Origin: Raja brachyura
Lineage: Eukaryota
Direction: 5' to 3'
Assembly: GCA_963514005.1 (NCBI GenBank)
Contig: OY740814.1
Span: forward strand, 15,810,001 to 15,874,000
DNA: 64,000 nucleotides
Below, piece after piece: positions 37,994 through 52,231 of the stretch. Within the stretch, counting starts at the first letter, position 1, and every line of letters begins with the position of its first letter. The notes under the pieces were generated by a model that saw nothing but the letters and a program-made list of their open reading frames with translations, did no database searches and was not told the DNA's origin. Made by a program: the position numbers and the translations under genes.

Positions 37994-38506
37994 CAGGCAC
38001 TTTCAGGCTAACGTAAGGGTTACGATCCGTGAACCTTTACGTAAATCAGATTTTACCTGTCAGAATCACCATCCCCATCTTGAAATAACTCACTGAGCCT
38101 GAAGGGTCATGACCCAAAACATTGCCTGTTTGTATTCTCAAGAGATGCTGCCTGATCCATTGAGTTACTCCCCTACACTTTGCATCCATCATTGAGAGTA
38201 TTGACTGTCTCAGCGGCATCCGGCTATGATCGGGGCACTTTCTGCCCTGCACGGCTTTGTGGATAAGCACCATCACTGTTGCTGGCTTGAGTTCCATCTC
38301 ACCGTTGGGGCACTTCCTGCAGCACGCGGCCATCTCGGCAAACACTGCTACCATTGCCGGCTTTTTTTGCCGACCTACACTTGAGTGATCATATAGTGTT
38401 GTGGAAATTACAAACTGCCTTGATTGCATGAGGGGCTGAATACAGAATTTTTTATACAAGTGTTAGTTTATATAAGTCGCCTATGGTGTAAGTCGGGGAG
38501 CGTCTG
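37994..38506. mobile_element. Tigger/pogo-like MITE with nested Penelope mini-element
   Basis: TA|caggcac...gctaacg left end and gtaagtcggggagcgtctg|TA right end (imperfect TIRs, TA TSD). Confidence 0.5.
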
Positions 38507-39409
38507 TACTCATAATCTCTACTTCCACTGCCCTTTGAGGAATATCATTCTTAGGCCTCAGAGAAAGGATCTCCCTTTTATTTAAAGAGGAAATATGGCT
38601 CTGATGCAGAGGTGACTTGAACTGTTAACAATTCCTTTCCTTCCACAGATGCTGCTTGATCCGCTGAGTTCCTCCAACAGTTTGCATGTTGCTTCAGATT
38701 CCAGCAATTGCAGTGTCTTGTGTCTGGAAGGATCTTACATGCTTCAATTATCCTCGCTTTGTCTTTAGACACAATCGTAGCCTGCCTGCTCAACTTTCCT
38801 CATGTCAGCCAGCCCATTCTAGCTGAATAAACTTTCTCTGAACTGCTTTTGACACTGCAACATCCCTCCTTAAATAAGATTAAAATGGTACACTGTATCC
38901 CAGATGTTGTCACACCAATGCCTCGCATAAGTGAAGCATAACCTCCTTACAGTTGGATTCATTTCCTTTCACAATTAACATTCTGTTAGCTTTCCTAGTT
39001 CCTGTTATGTCTTCATATCATCTCTATATGAATCATGCACAACGAATCTGCATTTCAGACATCTGTGATTTCTCACCATTTAAATAACTTGTTAATTTTA
39101 TATTTTAATATTCATATCAAAACAGAAAATGTCACTTTCCCACATTATATTTCATACGCTAGATCTTGCACATTTGATTAGCTTACCTTTATACCTCTGT
39201 AGCCTTCTTATGGCCTCTTCAGAACCTACTTGTCTTTAGGTTTTTTAGCAAATTTGAAAACATACCTTTGATGCCTTCACCCAAATTCTTTATACATTCT
39301 TGAAGCCCTAGTACCAGTCCTTGCGCTACAACATTCATAGCAAACAGAAAATACCACATCAAATGCCTTCTCGGAGTCTACCTAGTTATACACAAGGGTT
39401 TTACTGTAC

Positions 39410-39543
39410 CATGAGACTGTACTCTTCATTGGGAGCCAGGTGTTTGTGACTGAGATGGCGAGCAGCTTGCAATACTCGACTAATCCCCTCCATGTGGCAC
39501 GTCAGGCTGAAGCAATCATGGGCCAGAATCAGCAGTTCCACAG
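39410..39543 (-). CDS. SPG11: Spatacsin exon 34 equivalent
   Basis: VELLILAHDCFSLTCHMEGISRVLQAARHLSHKHLAPNEEYSLM (read manually, not in ORF track); 134 nt. Confidence 0.95.
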
Positions 39544-41021
39544 CTTGAGGAATGATGGAGGAGTCAGAAGTCAACAAACAAACAAATAACAGATCCTTTC
39601 ATCACTTACATTAACTGGCATTTATATTATTTATTAATCTTCGATATTCCCAAATGCCTTATACAAAATTAAATACCGGGATTCCCTGGGTTATGAATGA
39701 CCTGACTTACAAAAATCCGACTTTAAATATGGAGCAACACAGGAATTCAACTGGTAGAGCTGCTGCCTCACAGGGTCAGAGATGCGAGTTCGATCCTGAT
39801 CTTGAGTATTGTCTATGCGGAGTTTGCAGAGCCTGTTTCCATGCTGTATCTTTCAGCAATCAAGAAATCAAAATTCTCTTGGACATTTTCAAAACATTTT
39901 TCAAGCCACTAATAATAAAGTTCCATGGTACACATTTACACAGTATATATTCCACTAGTTTAATTATGGATAGTGTTTCAGAGAAGGAAAGGTTCTTGCC
40001 AGATTGTGCAAGCTTCCTTCTATCTTCTGGAGGGCTTATGAATCTTGGTTTCCAGCACCCCTAACAGTACAGGTGTCCTCAGCACTGGGAGCCTCAGGCT
40101 GAATATGTGCTCAGATCTCCGGAGCGAGACTCAAACCCACAACCTTCTGACACAGCAGCATGAATGAGTGTAATCAACTGAGCAAGTACTTCCTGCTGAG
40201 TAAGCTGCAACAAAGGGCACCTTCAATGGGTGTAGGTTTGTTAACGAGCTGGGGGGGATAATCACATTTACAGACATCAAATACCCCTACTGAATATTAA
40301 GAGATTTCAAAATGGAAATGGTTAAGTGAATAAATGGGAGGAAGATTGTAGGATAACGAGATGATCAGAGGAGTGGAACTGATTGGTGAGTTTTCAAAGG
40401 GCCATGGTTGTACAACAGAGGGTACGTGAGGAGGGAAAGATTTAAAGGGAATCTGCGCACGTTTTTCACACTATCATGGTGGGTATATGGAATGCGCCAC
40501 CTGAGATGGTAGAGGTAGGTACATTTACAATGTTTAAAAGGTATATGGACAGGTTCATGGATACAAAAGGTATGGAACGATATGAGCCAAATTCAGGTAA
40601 AGAAAGGCACTCTGGAATCCAACTGCTCAAACTTAAGGTTGGTTGGTTTAGGTGAGCTATCTTGCTCTTGAATGTTCAGACAGTATTCAGCATCATTAGT
40701 CTACACTCACCATGACATCCTAGATCAGTGTTTAAGCTTCACACATCCAACTCGGGGGCAAGTAAGTTACCACAAAGATAAATAATTATTCCTCATCTCA
40801 AAGCTATGGCCAAACAAAACAGCAGCTAACTTAGGATCTGCTTGGCATTACCTTTGGAGATAGTTTCAGAATCATTGACAAAAATGAGTAATAGACAATA
40901 TTTGGTTGACAGGAAAGACCGGTTTAAATTGTAACATAAAGCAGTTTTTGCACCCTTGTTACTTTGTACGATTACTTCATCATAGCCATTCAGTAGAGCT
41001 TTTGAATTTCCAATTACTTAC

Positions 41022-41165
41022 TGCACTCCAACTCCCCATTGGAAATGGATGAGATTTTATCCAGTAGCTTCGTGCCAACAAGGATTGGGTCTTGGCACAG
41101 TTTAGCCAGCTGAAGAAAGGCCTCTTTCCCATCAAGAACGCTATAGATCTGTGTCATTCCCAGCC
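41022..41165 (-). CDS. SPG11: Spatacsin exon 33 equivalent
   Basis: ...AFLQLAKLCQDPILVGTKLLDKISSISNGELEC; phase 1/1. Confidence 0.92.
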
Positions 41166-42169
41166 CTGTGTGAAAAGACAATTCATAGGACAACTGTCAT
41201 GTATGTGAATTATACCCTCTGATCCAGACCTGCTCACCAAGTGTTCCATGATACTTCTAAGTGCATAAACACCTTTAAACAGCTGTAATTTCACCAACAG
41301 GTTGGGTCTATAGAAGGGTCGCGAGCCGGAACATCACCAATTCCTTCTCTCCAGAGATACTGCCTGTCCCACTGAGTTACTCCAGCGTTTTATGTATATC
41401 TTAAAACATTGCTTCTCAGTTGTTTATGTCAGAATCCATGCTAGTCGAATTGGGTGATAATTCTCTCCCTTGGGTGAAAAGGCCAAGATTAAATCAGTTT
41501 GGAGAACCCAAAGTGGCCCCTAACTATTGCAGTTATCATCACTGAACTATCTGGCATTTGATTCTAAACTCAATCCAAGACAGTCCACGTGAAAACTATT
41601 TAGACTTACCCGGCAACAGTGGGCAGCTTTACTCTGAGTGCAATACAACTCCGAGAAGAAATCCAAGATATGACAGGACCAATACCAGATTGAACTTTTT
41701 TTCAGCTTTGTGTAGAGTTCATTAAAGCCCTCTGTTGTCTCTGAGTGCAGGGTGACCAACTCCTCCCAGCTATCTGCCAATATAACTCTTGTGTGGGTAA
41801 TTTGTGACACGTTGCAGTCAGCCTTCAAGTATGCTCCCAATATATTGACCTTCTCACACCATCCTGAATGCTCTTTGTCCACTTAGGCAGGCAGTGAACA
41901 ACCTTGATATTTGTTTGATATTTTGACACTGAATGGTACCAGGAATTAGACTACGTCACCTGCAGTGTCAGGTTTGAAGATTCTAACATATTCAGCTTGT
42001 GTAGTCATGACAGCAGACTCGGGCTAAGTTACAGAGGTTTCATTTATCCTTTATTATGTGCCAGAGCCTTTTGTCAAAAAAGTACCAGTGTGAATTTATT
42101 TGCCATTGTCATCAAGCTTGAAAGATGCAAAGAGTAGAAGAATATAAGGGGGAGAGCTACGAAGACATT

Positions 42170-42800
42170 TCATGGAGTCAAAGAGCTATACAGCACAACT
42201 CAACAATGCCTACCCTTCTTGCCTGCAATTGCCTATATCCCTCTAAACCTTTGCTCATGCCAGTACATGTTCAAGTATCTTTTAAATGACACAATTGTAC
42301 CTCCTTCTGCCACTTCCTTTGGCAAACCCCTCCAAACACACACCGCCCTCAGTGTGGAAAAGCTGTCCTGCAGGTTTCTTTTAAAATCTTTCCCCTCTCA
42401 CCTTAAACCCAATTTTAGATTCCCATAGCCTGGGAAAAGATGTGGCTATTCACCTATCTATGCCTCTCATGACTTTCTAAACTCCCATAAGATCACCTCT
42501 CAGCCTCATATGCTCTTGGCAAAAAAAGTCCTAACCTAGCCAGCGTCGTCTCATAACTCAAACCCTCCAGACCCAGTAACATCCTTGTAAATCTTTTTTG
42601 CATCTGTTGCATTTTAATGACATTTTTCCAATAGCAGAATGACCCCGAACTGTACATGTTACTCAAAATACGACCCTGCCAACAGACATAACACGACGTC
42701 CCAACTCCTCCAGTAAATCTGACTGATGAACGAAAACATGCCAACCTTTCATCAGCACCCTGTCTACTTGTGTCGCCACTTTCATTGAACTAAATACTTG
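42170..42800 (-). mobile_element. CR1-type LINE 3' fragment
   Basis: MQKRFTRMLLGLEGLSYE..L.RLGLF in ORF 42493-42744. Confidence 0.75.
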
Positions 42801-44147
42801 CATCCAATGGTGTACTACAATTTTCAAGGAGGATTCCCCCCCCCCCCAGAAAAAAGCTTTTCACTATACCTCGGTTAGGTGTGGCAATAAACTAACCTAA
42901 TTTATTGCGTACATCCTCCTATCTTGTCTGCACCTCATGCTCAATACACCACTTTGGCACCATTTAACCACAGAACCACGAACAGCCCTAATCTTGGTAA
43001 ATGTCACAAACTCAACAAATTCCACACACAGACAATCAACTTCATGACATAATCTTTTTCAGATTCATTCAAGAGGAGGCTTGGTTCTTTCGTCAGTATG
43101 TTCGAGGAACCTGTAGATTTTCATGCCGCTTATGTAAAAAACCCAAGAGACGTGAAACTGAAATCAGAAATTATTTATAATTATTTATAATCTTAATAAT
43201 GACCTCACTGGGTAAGACACAGATGGGACTTTGCAGATGTGTCCATGGGGAACATAGTTGCAAAACTAAATGTCCTCAGACCAGTTATGAAGGCATATTA
43301 ACATGTCCTTAGGACGGACCTGCATCAGATATAGACGGCAAGAGCAATATCAGCAACTTATTTCTGGACCCATAAAAATCTGGCAATGTGCACCTCGATT
43401 TAATTAGGTTTGCACCATTTTCCCATTTTCTTTTTGGAATGCTGTGGCTTTTGCTGGGATAAAGTTCAAGGAATGTCAGACTTTGAATTGATTATTCAGG
43501 CACAGACCAACTCGAAACCTCAGTCGACAATTGACCATTGCAGGCGAGATGCCTGGAACACAATCAGGTTGGGTTCAATCCTGCTCCTCTGTCATTATCC
43601 AGCTAGGATCACCCGAGATACCATTCAAAATCAGGAAAATCACCACATCCCATGCTCCCTGTGCTAGCTGCTTAATCCAAATATAGAGTAAATACAATAG
43701 TCTAATATAAGGTGACATGTTCCAAAAGAGCTGGCACTGAATTGACGGACTCCACAAGAAACATATAGCTGACCCCTCCTTCAGAAGCTCGCATTCCTCC
43801 AAGTGTACTTCGATTTTATATTTCTGTCATTTGCAATTTTTCTTTTTCGATCCAATATTATTATAGCAGTGGTTTATAGGTATGAAATAGTTTGATGTTA
43901 CCTCTGCCGTTGTAAACACTTAAATTAATTTATTTTGAAGTCATGAATCAGAATAAAAATATGACTTCCAGACATGAGGATCTTTATTCGTCAATCAGTC
44001 TAACGTTTTCTCTGGAAGTTATCAATGAATTAACTTGTACTCTGGAATTGAAGCCACTGCTGAGAGGAACAGAGTTCTGGATTCCATACACAAATTGCAC
44101 TCAGGTCTATACAAGACACCCAGTAAATAGCAAGACAGAGGGTTTAC

Positions 44148-44346
44148 CTTTAGATTGTGTTGTAGACAGCAGGGCCTGAACCACTACATCTGCCACCAGA
44201 GCTGCCACTGCCTCTGCTTTCAGTCCTTGCGTGGTGATAAATGCCTGGGCCTTTTTATAACGGTCCGGCTGTTGTGATGATAACACTTCCCTCAGAACTG
44301 TGTCAGAATCTTGAGTTGAGATATCATTGAAGGAAAAGCCGAGCTC
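44148..44346 (-). CDS. SPG11: Spatacsin exon 32 equivalent
   Basis: ELGFSFNDIST...SQQPDRYKKAQAFITTQGLK...; 199 nt. Confidence 0.95.
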
Positions 44347-45514
44347 CTTTGGAGTAAGAAAATAAAAAATGTGACTACGGATTTTTTTTTTTACCTTCAG
44401 TGATTATTTATTTCACCAGTTCATTAATGATGTGAAATAATTTATTCAAAAAGCCAAGTGAAAATTATGGATCAGGATGCCCCAAAAAAAATTATAATTG
44501 GTGGTTTGATATTACAAAATACCTTGGCACACACGGAATTACCACTTTTCACTGAAGTGTGAAATGTAAAATACTGCTGCTTGACCTGGCTATGTTGTAC
44601 AGTAGAGAATTGGAAAAGGGAATTGTGAACAGCGGAAAGTAAAGAGGGCCAGGAACAACTCTAAGAAATGACAACATTAAGGGAGGAGATTTGGTGAAAT
44701 GCCAAACATAGAAAATAGGTGCAGGAGTAGGCAATTCTGCCCTTCGAGCCTGCACCGCCATTCAATATGATCATGGCTGATCATCCAACAAAGTATCCTG
44801 TACCTGCCTTCTCTCCATACCCCCTGATCCCTTTAGCCAAAAGGGCCAAAGGAACAAGTTAGAAAATAAAAAAAGTAGATGATGAAAATATGAAATAAAA
44901 CAGAATATGCTGGAAAAATCCAGGTCGATCAGAATCTATGGAATGAAAAACAATATCTCAGGCCTGGACTTTTCATCAGAATGAGGAAATAATAGACAAG
45001 AAGGGGTAGGATGCACAGAACAAATGGAATTCTAAGATAGAGTGAGAACAAATGAGCAAATGCAGCTGTCAGAATTAGACTATGTTTCTTTGTTTGCCAA
45101 ACCCTCCCTCGTCATCTCTGAAAGGCAAGTTATTTTTTTCCCTTTACCAATTCTGATGAAGGACCTGAAATGTTAGCTGTTCCGCTTTCCACAGATGCTA
45201 CCTAAGTTGGTGGATGTTTCTGCATTTTTTTGTATTTCTGTATTTTCTGTTTCTAAGTCAGTAAGACAGTTGGCAATCACAAGGAGGGAGAGCTTCAGAT
45301 TATGAATAATAATGTTTTGAACAGGAATCTTCTGTGCTGTAAGAAGCGATGATTCCAGTTACCTTCTCTGGAAGTTTAGAAAGCCTTGCATGTATTCTCT
45401 GGAACCTTGTTCCCTTCCACATTCACAAAGAATCATTCATAATCCTAATATTTCCTGCTGGGGAGATGATCACTAAGTGTCTTGCAGATTTATCCCTCTT
45501 CTGTTTACATTTTG

Positions 45515-46017
45515 GTCAAGTCAAGTCAAGTTTATTCTTCACATACACATACGGGATGTGCAGTGAAATGAAAAGTGGCCGTGCTCGTCCAAAAAACAAA
45601 CAAACAAACAACATACTACAAACAGAATTACATGTTCTTTTCCATAATAAAATATTGTGGTACAGTAACTAGTAGAGTTAGTCCCTGGTGAGATAGGAGT
45701 TTACGGGCCGAATGGCCTCTGGGAAGAAACTCCTTCTCATCCTCTCCATTCTCACAGCACGGCAGCGGAGGCGTTTGCCTGACCGTAGCAGCTGGAACAG
45801 TCCGTTGCAGGGGTGGAAGGGGTCTCCCATTATCTTATTGGCTCTGGAGTTGCACCTTCTGATGTATAGTTCCTGCAGAGGGGCGAGAGAAGTCCCCATA
45901 GTGCGTTCGGCTGAACGCACTACTCTCTGCAGAGCCTTCTTGTCCTGGGCAGAGCAATTCCCAAACCAGATTGTAATGTTTCCGGACAAGATGCTTTCCA
46001 CAGCCGCAGAGTAGAAG
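45515..46017 (-). mobile_element. Rex1/Babar-type LINE 3' end
   Basis: ESILSGNITIWFGNCS..DKKALQRVVRSAE....D..HP...LF.LL.SGKR.R......R...SFFP.AIR C-terminal domain; AATAAA plus (CTTGA)n tail. Confidence 0.85.
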
Positions 46018-46758
46018 GTCTATTCTTCAGCGTTTTTTTTCAGGGTATTTAATTCTCAATGTTCCCAAATGATGCCTCAGTAATTGGAGTCAGAGGACAG
46101 AAACATAAATGGTGCTATTATGCATTGAACCCCCTGACCTATAATACAGTACAGCCCAGTATGAACTGCAGTGTTTATTGCCAGAATATTAACACTAAAG
46201 TGAACAGGACAGAAGACAGATTAGGATTGCACTGGTTTACAAAAAAAAACTTGACTCTTTTGTTTAACATCACATTGACATTAGTGCAGCGTCCATTTCT
46301 TGTAAACATCCACTTTAGCACAAATGCTGCAAATTAAGAAAATTTGCTTTAAGATAACTGTAAATACTAACAAAATGGAGTAAAATAATGTATCCCCAAG
46401 ACAGTACCCCAAGATGAATGCACAGCGCATTTGAACTGAGATAGTAAATGATCATCAGTTGCACAAGTGATTTGTAGCAATGTGACTGATTCCTGCTCAC
46501 ACATCAGCACTTTGGCAATGATCAAGTGCACAAGGTGGATAACAGCAGGGGTTGGAATGATACCATTATTAGAGAACACAATCCTACTTTATATCTCTTC
46601 TCCCATTTCTGGGCATCTATTTGGACCAATTGAGTAAGACATTTCTTTCTTAGCACTGATTAGCAGTGATTTACTTTCAGCTACATGTAATTTAAGAACA
46701 GTGGTAGTATTTGTTACCAGATTGTTACACGAATTGTAAGAAAAATGTAATACAGTAC

Positions 46759-46907
46759 CTTTGAGAGCTCGTATAAACTAAGAATCTGATGGCAATAACT
46801 CTTTCCATGGTGGCTCTTGTTAATGAGAATTTGCACATCCTTAACAACCTGGTCTTTAAAAATGTTGTCTTCCTCGCACTGAACAAATGATGAGGCTGCA
46901 TTGCTCA
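46759..46907 (-). CDS. SPG11: Spatacsin exon 31 equivalent
   Basis: ...HGKSYCHQILSLYELSK; gacag acceptor, aag|gtactg donor. Confidence 0.9.
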
Positions 46908-48632
46908 CTGTCAGCAGAATCAAATAAGGAAAGAAAAACATGATTGCTTATTGATTGTGCAACAAAAATATGATTACTTATTGATTGTGCAATAAAAAAC
47001 ATGAGAACGTGATTTTACTGCGTAAAATCCGGTAGAGCCCAAATCTAGAACTCAGTCTCACTTGATGTAATCATTTAGCAACAAAATACACAAAGTTAAT
47101 AATCAGATTAAATAAAGAAAATGTACAAAACAATATGCAATTATTATTTTCTCCAATAGATTAATAATACTCTCCTGAGCTTGGATGGAAAGCAGCAATT
47201 GTCATGGCAAAGAATACATCTTAATCTAAACTATAAAAGGACAGAGTTCACCACCTCTCTCTATTTTTATGGCAACTATCTGATATTTCCAAAAGCAGGA
47301 AAGTACTGAGTCAGGAAAACTCTTTCTTGCAGGTTATGTTGTAAACCGATCAAATTTGCAACAGACGGTTTTGCTACTCAACGGTTTTCTTTGCATTTCC
47401 ATTTCTGATGCCTCGAAGTCCTTTAAATTTCTGTAGAAGAGACTGTTCAGCCACAACAATTTACCAAGAGTTATCAAATCAATTCCCAGTTTTCAGTTCA
47501 TAGTCTTGCAAATGACAGCACATCAAATGCTTGCTTAAATACTTTATGTGTGCTTTATTTATTTATCTATCAATTTATTTATTTATTTATAAGGTGGGGG
47601 GGGCGCATTACTGGTATTTACTCCCCACCACTAACTGGTGATAAGGAAGTGATGATAAGCCACCTCCATGAATGGCTGCACGTCTTATATCGGGGTTCCC
47701 TCAGTACCCACCCCAATGTATAGAGTTCCAGGATTTGGAACTGGTGACTGAATGAAGGGCTATTTTTTCTTGATATCAGGTGAGTTGAAGAGGAACTGTG
47801 TAAGTGGAGGGGTTCTCCTGCACCTACTGCCCACACCATTTGTAGCAGTGGTCAGAACTTAAGAGGTGCTTTAGGAGTAGTCTTGGTTAGTAATTCTGGT
47901 GCATTTTGTAAATCATTTAAGTATGTTGCTTTGTCCTGGAAAAACTCAAGCCTCTGTTGTGTTGTTGGCACTGAACTCATCCAGGCAAGTACAGAATGAT
48001 TCATCATACACCTAACCTAAACCTTCTGGATGGTCGGAAGGTTTTGGGATGTCAGGATGCAAATCATTTTCTGTAACATACCCAACCTGCTCTTGTAACT
48101 GTGGCACATATTTAGCTGGTAACATTACATTTTTGATGATTGGGAATTCTGTGATAGTAAGGCGACTGAATGCCAAAGATAAATGATTGTACAATCCCTG
48201 GTTAATGAAGGCCATTGCTTGCGCCCATGTTTGAATGCAGCCCTGGTCTATGTCTCCAGATTATGGACAGCTCTGCTGAAAGAAATAAAGTGAATAGGAA
48301 GGACCAAACTAAGTTCCTCTATTTCATTTTAAACTCCTCTCGGCTGCCTTTATTCCAAAGTAAATAACCACAGCAAAGGCAATCTCTCTGTGTAATGAAA
48401 GTTTGTCAATTAAGATATAATCAGTGCACATCAGCTTTTTCAAGCACTTACATCCTCCCTGCATTGTGTTAACCCTGGATTATGTGGGTGATAAAGTGGT
48501 GGCCTATTTTTATACAGTTCTGGCATAACCTCAATTTATTTTATAGCTCAGCCAACTGTGGAAAGTAACCCAAATGCCATCTTAATAACCTTGCCACCAT
48601 CAGAGGTGAACAGAATGCATGGTTTAAAATGG

Positions 48633-48940
48633 TTTAGTTTAGTTGAGAGATACACCACGGACATAGGCCCTTCGGCCCACCGAGTTCGTGCCGACCAGCG
48701 ATCCCCGCACATTATCACTACCCTAAACACACTAGAGACACATTTACATTTATACCATACCAATTAAGTTACAAACCTGTAAGTCTTTGGAGTGTGGGAG
48801 GAAACCAAAGATCTCAGAGAAACCCACGCAGGTCATGGGGAGAACGTGCAAACTCTGTACAGACAGCACTCATAGTCAGGATCGAACCTGTGTCCCCGGT
48901 GCTGTAAGGCAGCAACTCTGCCGCTGCGCCACTGTGCCGC
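48633..48940 (-). mobile_element. full-length V-SINE (HE1-like)
   Basis: Head gcggcacagtggcgcagcggcagag (A-box), ggttcgatcc (B-box), V-domain, tail gggccgaagggcct...aactaaactaaa. Confidence 0.85.
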
Positions 48941-50092
48941 TCCATGGTAGTTAATTACATTCAAGTCCAATTACCCCAACTAATTTTACTTCATTCACAC
49001 AAATGCTGTTCACTTCTTGTGTGCTGCTTAAATATGAAATGAACCAGTACTCCCAAACTTCTGCAGAGTTCTTTAAAATCAGCATACTTCTAGACATCCA
49101 AACTCTTCCACACACAGTTATTGACTATCTGTGAAACCATTCACATTGTGATAATTATTCCACGCTCAATGACAGGAACATTACCCGTTGGACAGAGTTA
49201 GTTCTTACAATGATGAACATTAATTGTCCTGACACCAGTGAGGAGAGGAAGGATTACATTGCATTTAGAATTAACAATTAACATTGGAATGATTTATGCT
49301 GTAGTCAATGCTCCCTTTACTATCTCTATCAACTTTGCATTTTAAGAGGCCTCTTAACATGACAAATAAGCACACTGTTGCAAGCTCATCGTTACATCAA
49401 TACAAACTGAAGAAAATAAACACAATGAATGGTCAAAGTCTTAAACTCTTGTTGAAGAGTCCGTGATAATGGAGAAGCTATTATAAGCTGTTAAGACATT
49501 ATTGATGGGGATAAATTGACATCAACAGGAATGAGATCATCTTCTCTTCCATTTCCACATCTTTTACCTCCACAACATTTATCTCAAACATCCCAAATGC
49601 CTAGTCAAGTCCAGCACATTGATGGCCATTTCTGAACACCATTAATCTGATTTGCGACTGGACTGTCTGCAAGCACTCTCTTCCAGTTGCTTTGCAATCG
49701 CGAAATTTGGTCCTGGACCACACTAACAGATCATTTTGTGAAATAATATTTGAAAAACACCAGGTTAGGACAAAAAGCTTGGAATTGAGTTACTAAGTTC
49801 CGACGCTTCTTTCAAAGAGTGAAAAACAAACTGCTGAAGAATCTCAACAAGTTAAGCAGCATCTATGGAGGCAAAGGGGTTGTTGTCTTTTTGTGTCAAG
49901 ACCCTGCTTCAGGGGTCTAGAATCAAGATGTCCGCCATTCCTGTCCCTCCACATTTGCTGCTAATTCTGTCGAGTTCTTCCAGTAGATTGTTCTGATTTG
50001 CAGTCTCTGCCCTTTCAAAGATCCTGGTACAAATATCGTAGGCCAAATGGCCTCCGGAAGGAGTTGTAACAATGACAAATAAACCAACTTAC

Positions 50093-50852
50093 AGCTTGGT
50101 GTCCTTTTTCGATGGTGTCTCATCTCTCCATTCAAAGCAACATCTGTAGTCAAAAGAATCTTGATTGTAGGGTGGAAATCAGTTGTTTGTGCTTCTCCTG
50201 AAGCTAAAGCTCTACAGTGGAGAACTAGTGATAAGTCCTGGTTATAAAATTCAAAGTATCTACAGACTCTACTGGCTTCATGGATGTATCCTCCATCTAA
50301 TAAATTGCCAATCAAAATATTAAGGGCCTCTTTTTCCGCTGCTCCTAGCCTACATTTGGAAGCCAAGTCCTTGTTTGGAAATCCTTCCAGCCTGAGGTAC
50401 TTTGATGAGTTCAGAGCCGGCAGGTTTGAGAACAGGAACTCTTTGGTGGCATCTTCAAAGGTAATTTCGCCGCAGATCGAAACCTGCCATGAACACCTTG
50501 AAGCTGTGGACATCAGCAAAGTCTGCTGACTGATGTGGCATAACCAAATCCTCTTCTCCACCTCCTCCAGCTGTTCCAAGAGTGGTGGGGTGCTGCTTGA
50601 CAACCAATGGCCGGCTATCATCAGCAACATGCATTTTTCCTGAATATCCAGAAGCTGTTCTTTCAAAGGTAATGGTGACTGCGACTTAGTGGACACCTTA
50701 TTATTCGCCTGGGACAGGAAGAATTCAGAGGCAACTACATTGGAGATCAAATTATTTTTGAAACAATCGTGGCACTTTTTCCAAAAATTTATTCTCGTCT
50801 CCTTCCTTTGCCACTGACCACGTCGTTTCAAATCTTGTAACTCCTGAGACAC
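50093..50852 (-). CDS. SPG11: Spatacsin large exon 30 equivalent
   Basis: Longest real ORF segment: W..KETRINFWKKCH..F...LLDGGYIHEASRVCRYF.FYNQD..LVLHCRALASGE; ttacag acceptor, t|gtaagt donor. Confidence 0.96.
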
Positions 50853-51476
50853 CTGTAAGAGAAGAAGAAATTAAATAATGGATCGAAACACAATATGGAA
50901 TTTACTATTTTAGTTTGTTCAGTTAGTTTAGAGAATAAGCATGGAAAACGGCCCTTCCGCCCATCGAGATCATGCCGACCATCACCGATCAAGGAATGGG
51001 TGACGTTTCGGGTCTGAAGAAGGGTATCAACCCGAATCGACACCCATTCCTTCTCTCCAGAGATGCTGCTTCATCCCCTGAGTTACTCCAGCATTTTGTG
51101 TCCAGCTTCATTATAGAGGTGGTCCATATTGTTCCACTGTTGAGGTAAGATTAAGGTTGTACAGGTTGGTTCAACCTAATGGTTGTAAGAAAGTTTTTGA
51201 TCATTCCGCTTCCCAACTTTCTAGCTGATTATGTCCAATTGTATCTGTCCATAGCCTTCTTTGTTATCTATGTCCCCCAATTTTTGTGTCTTCTGAAAAC
51301 CTAGTAAACATAAGCCCTACATTCTGATCCAAGTAATTTGTACATATTATAACCAACGAAAGTTGCAGCACGATCCTGTGGTACACCATGTTACATATTT
51401 TCACTTGGAAAAGCATGCATGCACCACTATACTGTGTCTGCTATCACCCAACCAATGCCTTTCATGCCTTGTACCC

Positions 51477-52231
51477 TAATGGGCCTGTCCCACTTTGGCG
51501 GTTTTTCAGGCGACTGTCAAGTTGCTGGCAGTCGCCTGAAAAACCGGCAACTGGAATGGCAACTGTCAGAGTGGAACACACACACACACACATCGCTTCC
51601 TTCACCAGTCTGTTATGCAAGCGGGGGGAGTGCTGTCTGAGTGAAATTCACACAGAGCAAAGCTGATACACAGAGAGCAAAGCAAAGTGATACAGACACA
51701 CACCGCGATGAACAGGAAGGTTGATGCTGTAATTCAGATGGCTAAAGCACAGCAAGTCCTTTAAAATAGGAGGGAGAAGGAGTGGAGACAACTTTTAAGA
51801 AGCCAGAGATACACGGCTGTGAAGCTCGACGGACATTCAACATTACCGGTACTTGGCTAGTTACATTACTTGGTTCTGAAAACTACTGCTTATGTTTTTT
51901 TCCCCAATGAGCCAATGAAATTTACCGGTTAGCACCGGCTACAACCTACGAGAAGATTCAACCTCCTGGCAACCCACCAGGACCTCCTGCCGACCTACCT
52001 ACAGATAGAGAATTCTCGCTACTCTCCATGTCAGCTTCATTCTAGTCGCCGCTAATTTTTCAACATGTTGAGCAATTCGCGGCGACTATAAGGAGGCCGC
52101 GACTAGATCCCAGAATGCGGGAACTCCTCACGACCATGAAGGCAACTCCCCGGCAACCACCCACAAACATGTGGCGACTGCATAATCTCCTGCAGTCGCC
52201 TAAATAGCGCCTAAGTGGGACAGGCCCATTA
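51477..52231. mobile_element. MITE / non-autonomous DNA transposon (PIF-Harbinger-like)
   Basis: 19-nt perfect terminal inverted repeat taatgggcctgtcccactt, extending imperfectly to about 40 bp; no ORF. Confidence 0.8.

Noticed and set aside
48860-48940. tRNA gene candidates (also near 1750-1840, 19292, 39745, 56790)
   Set aside because: tRNA-like heads are followed by the V-domain, so they are SINEs
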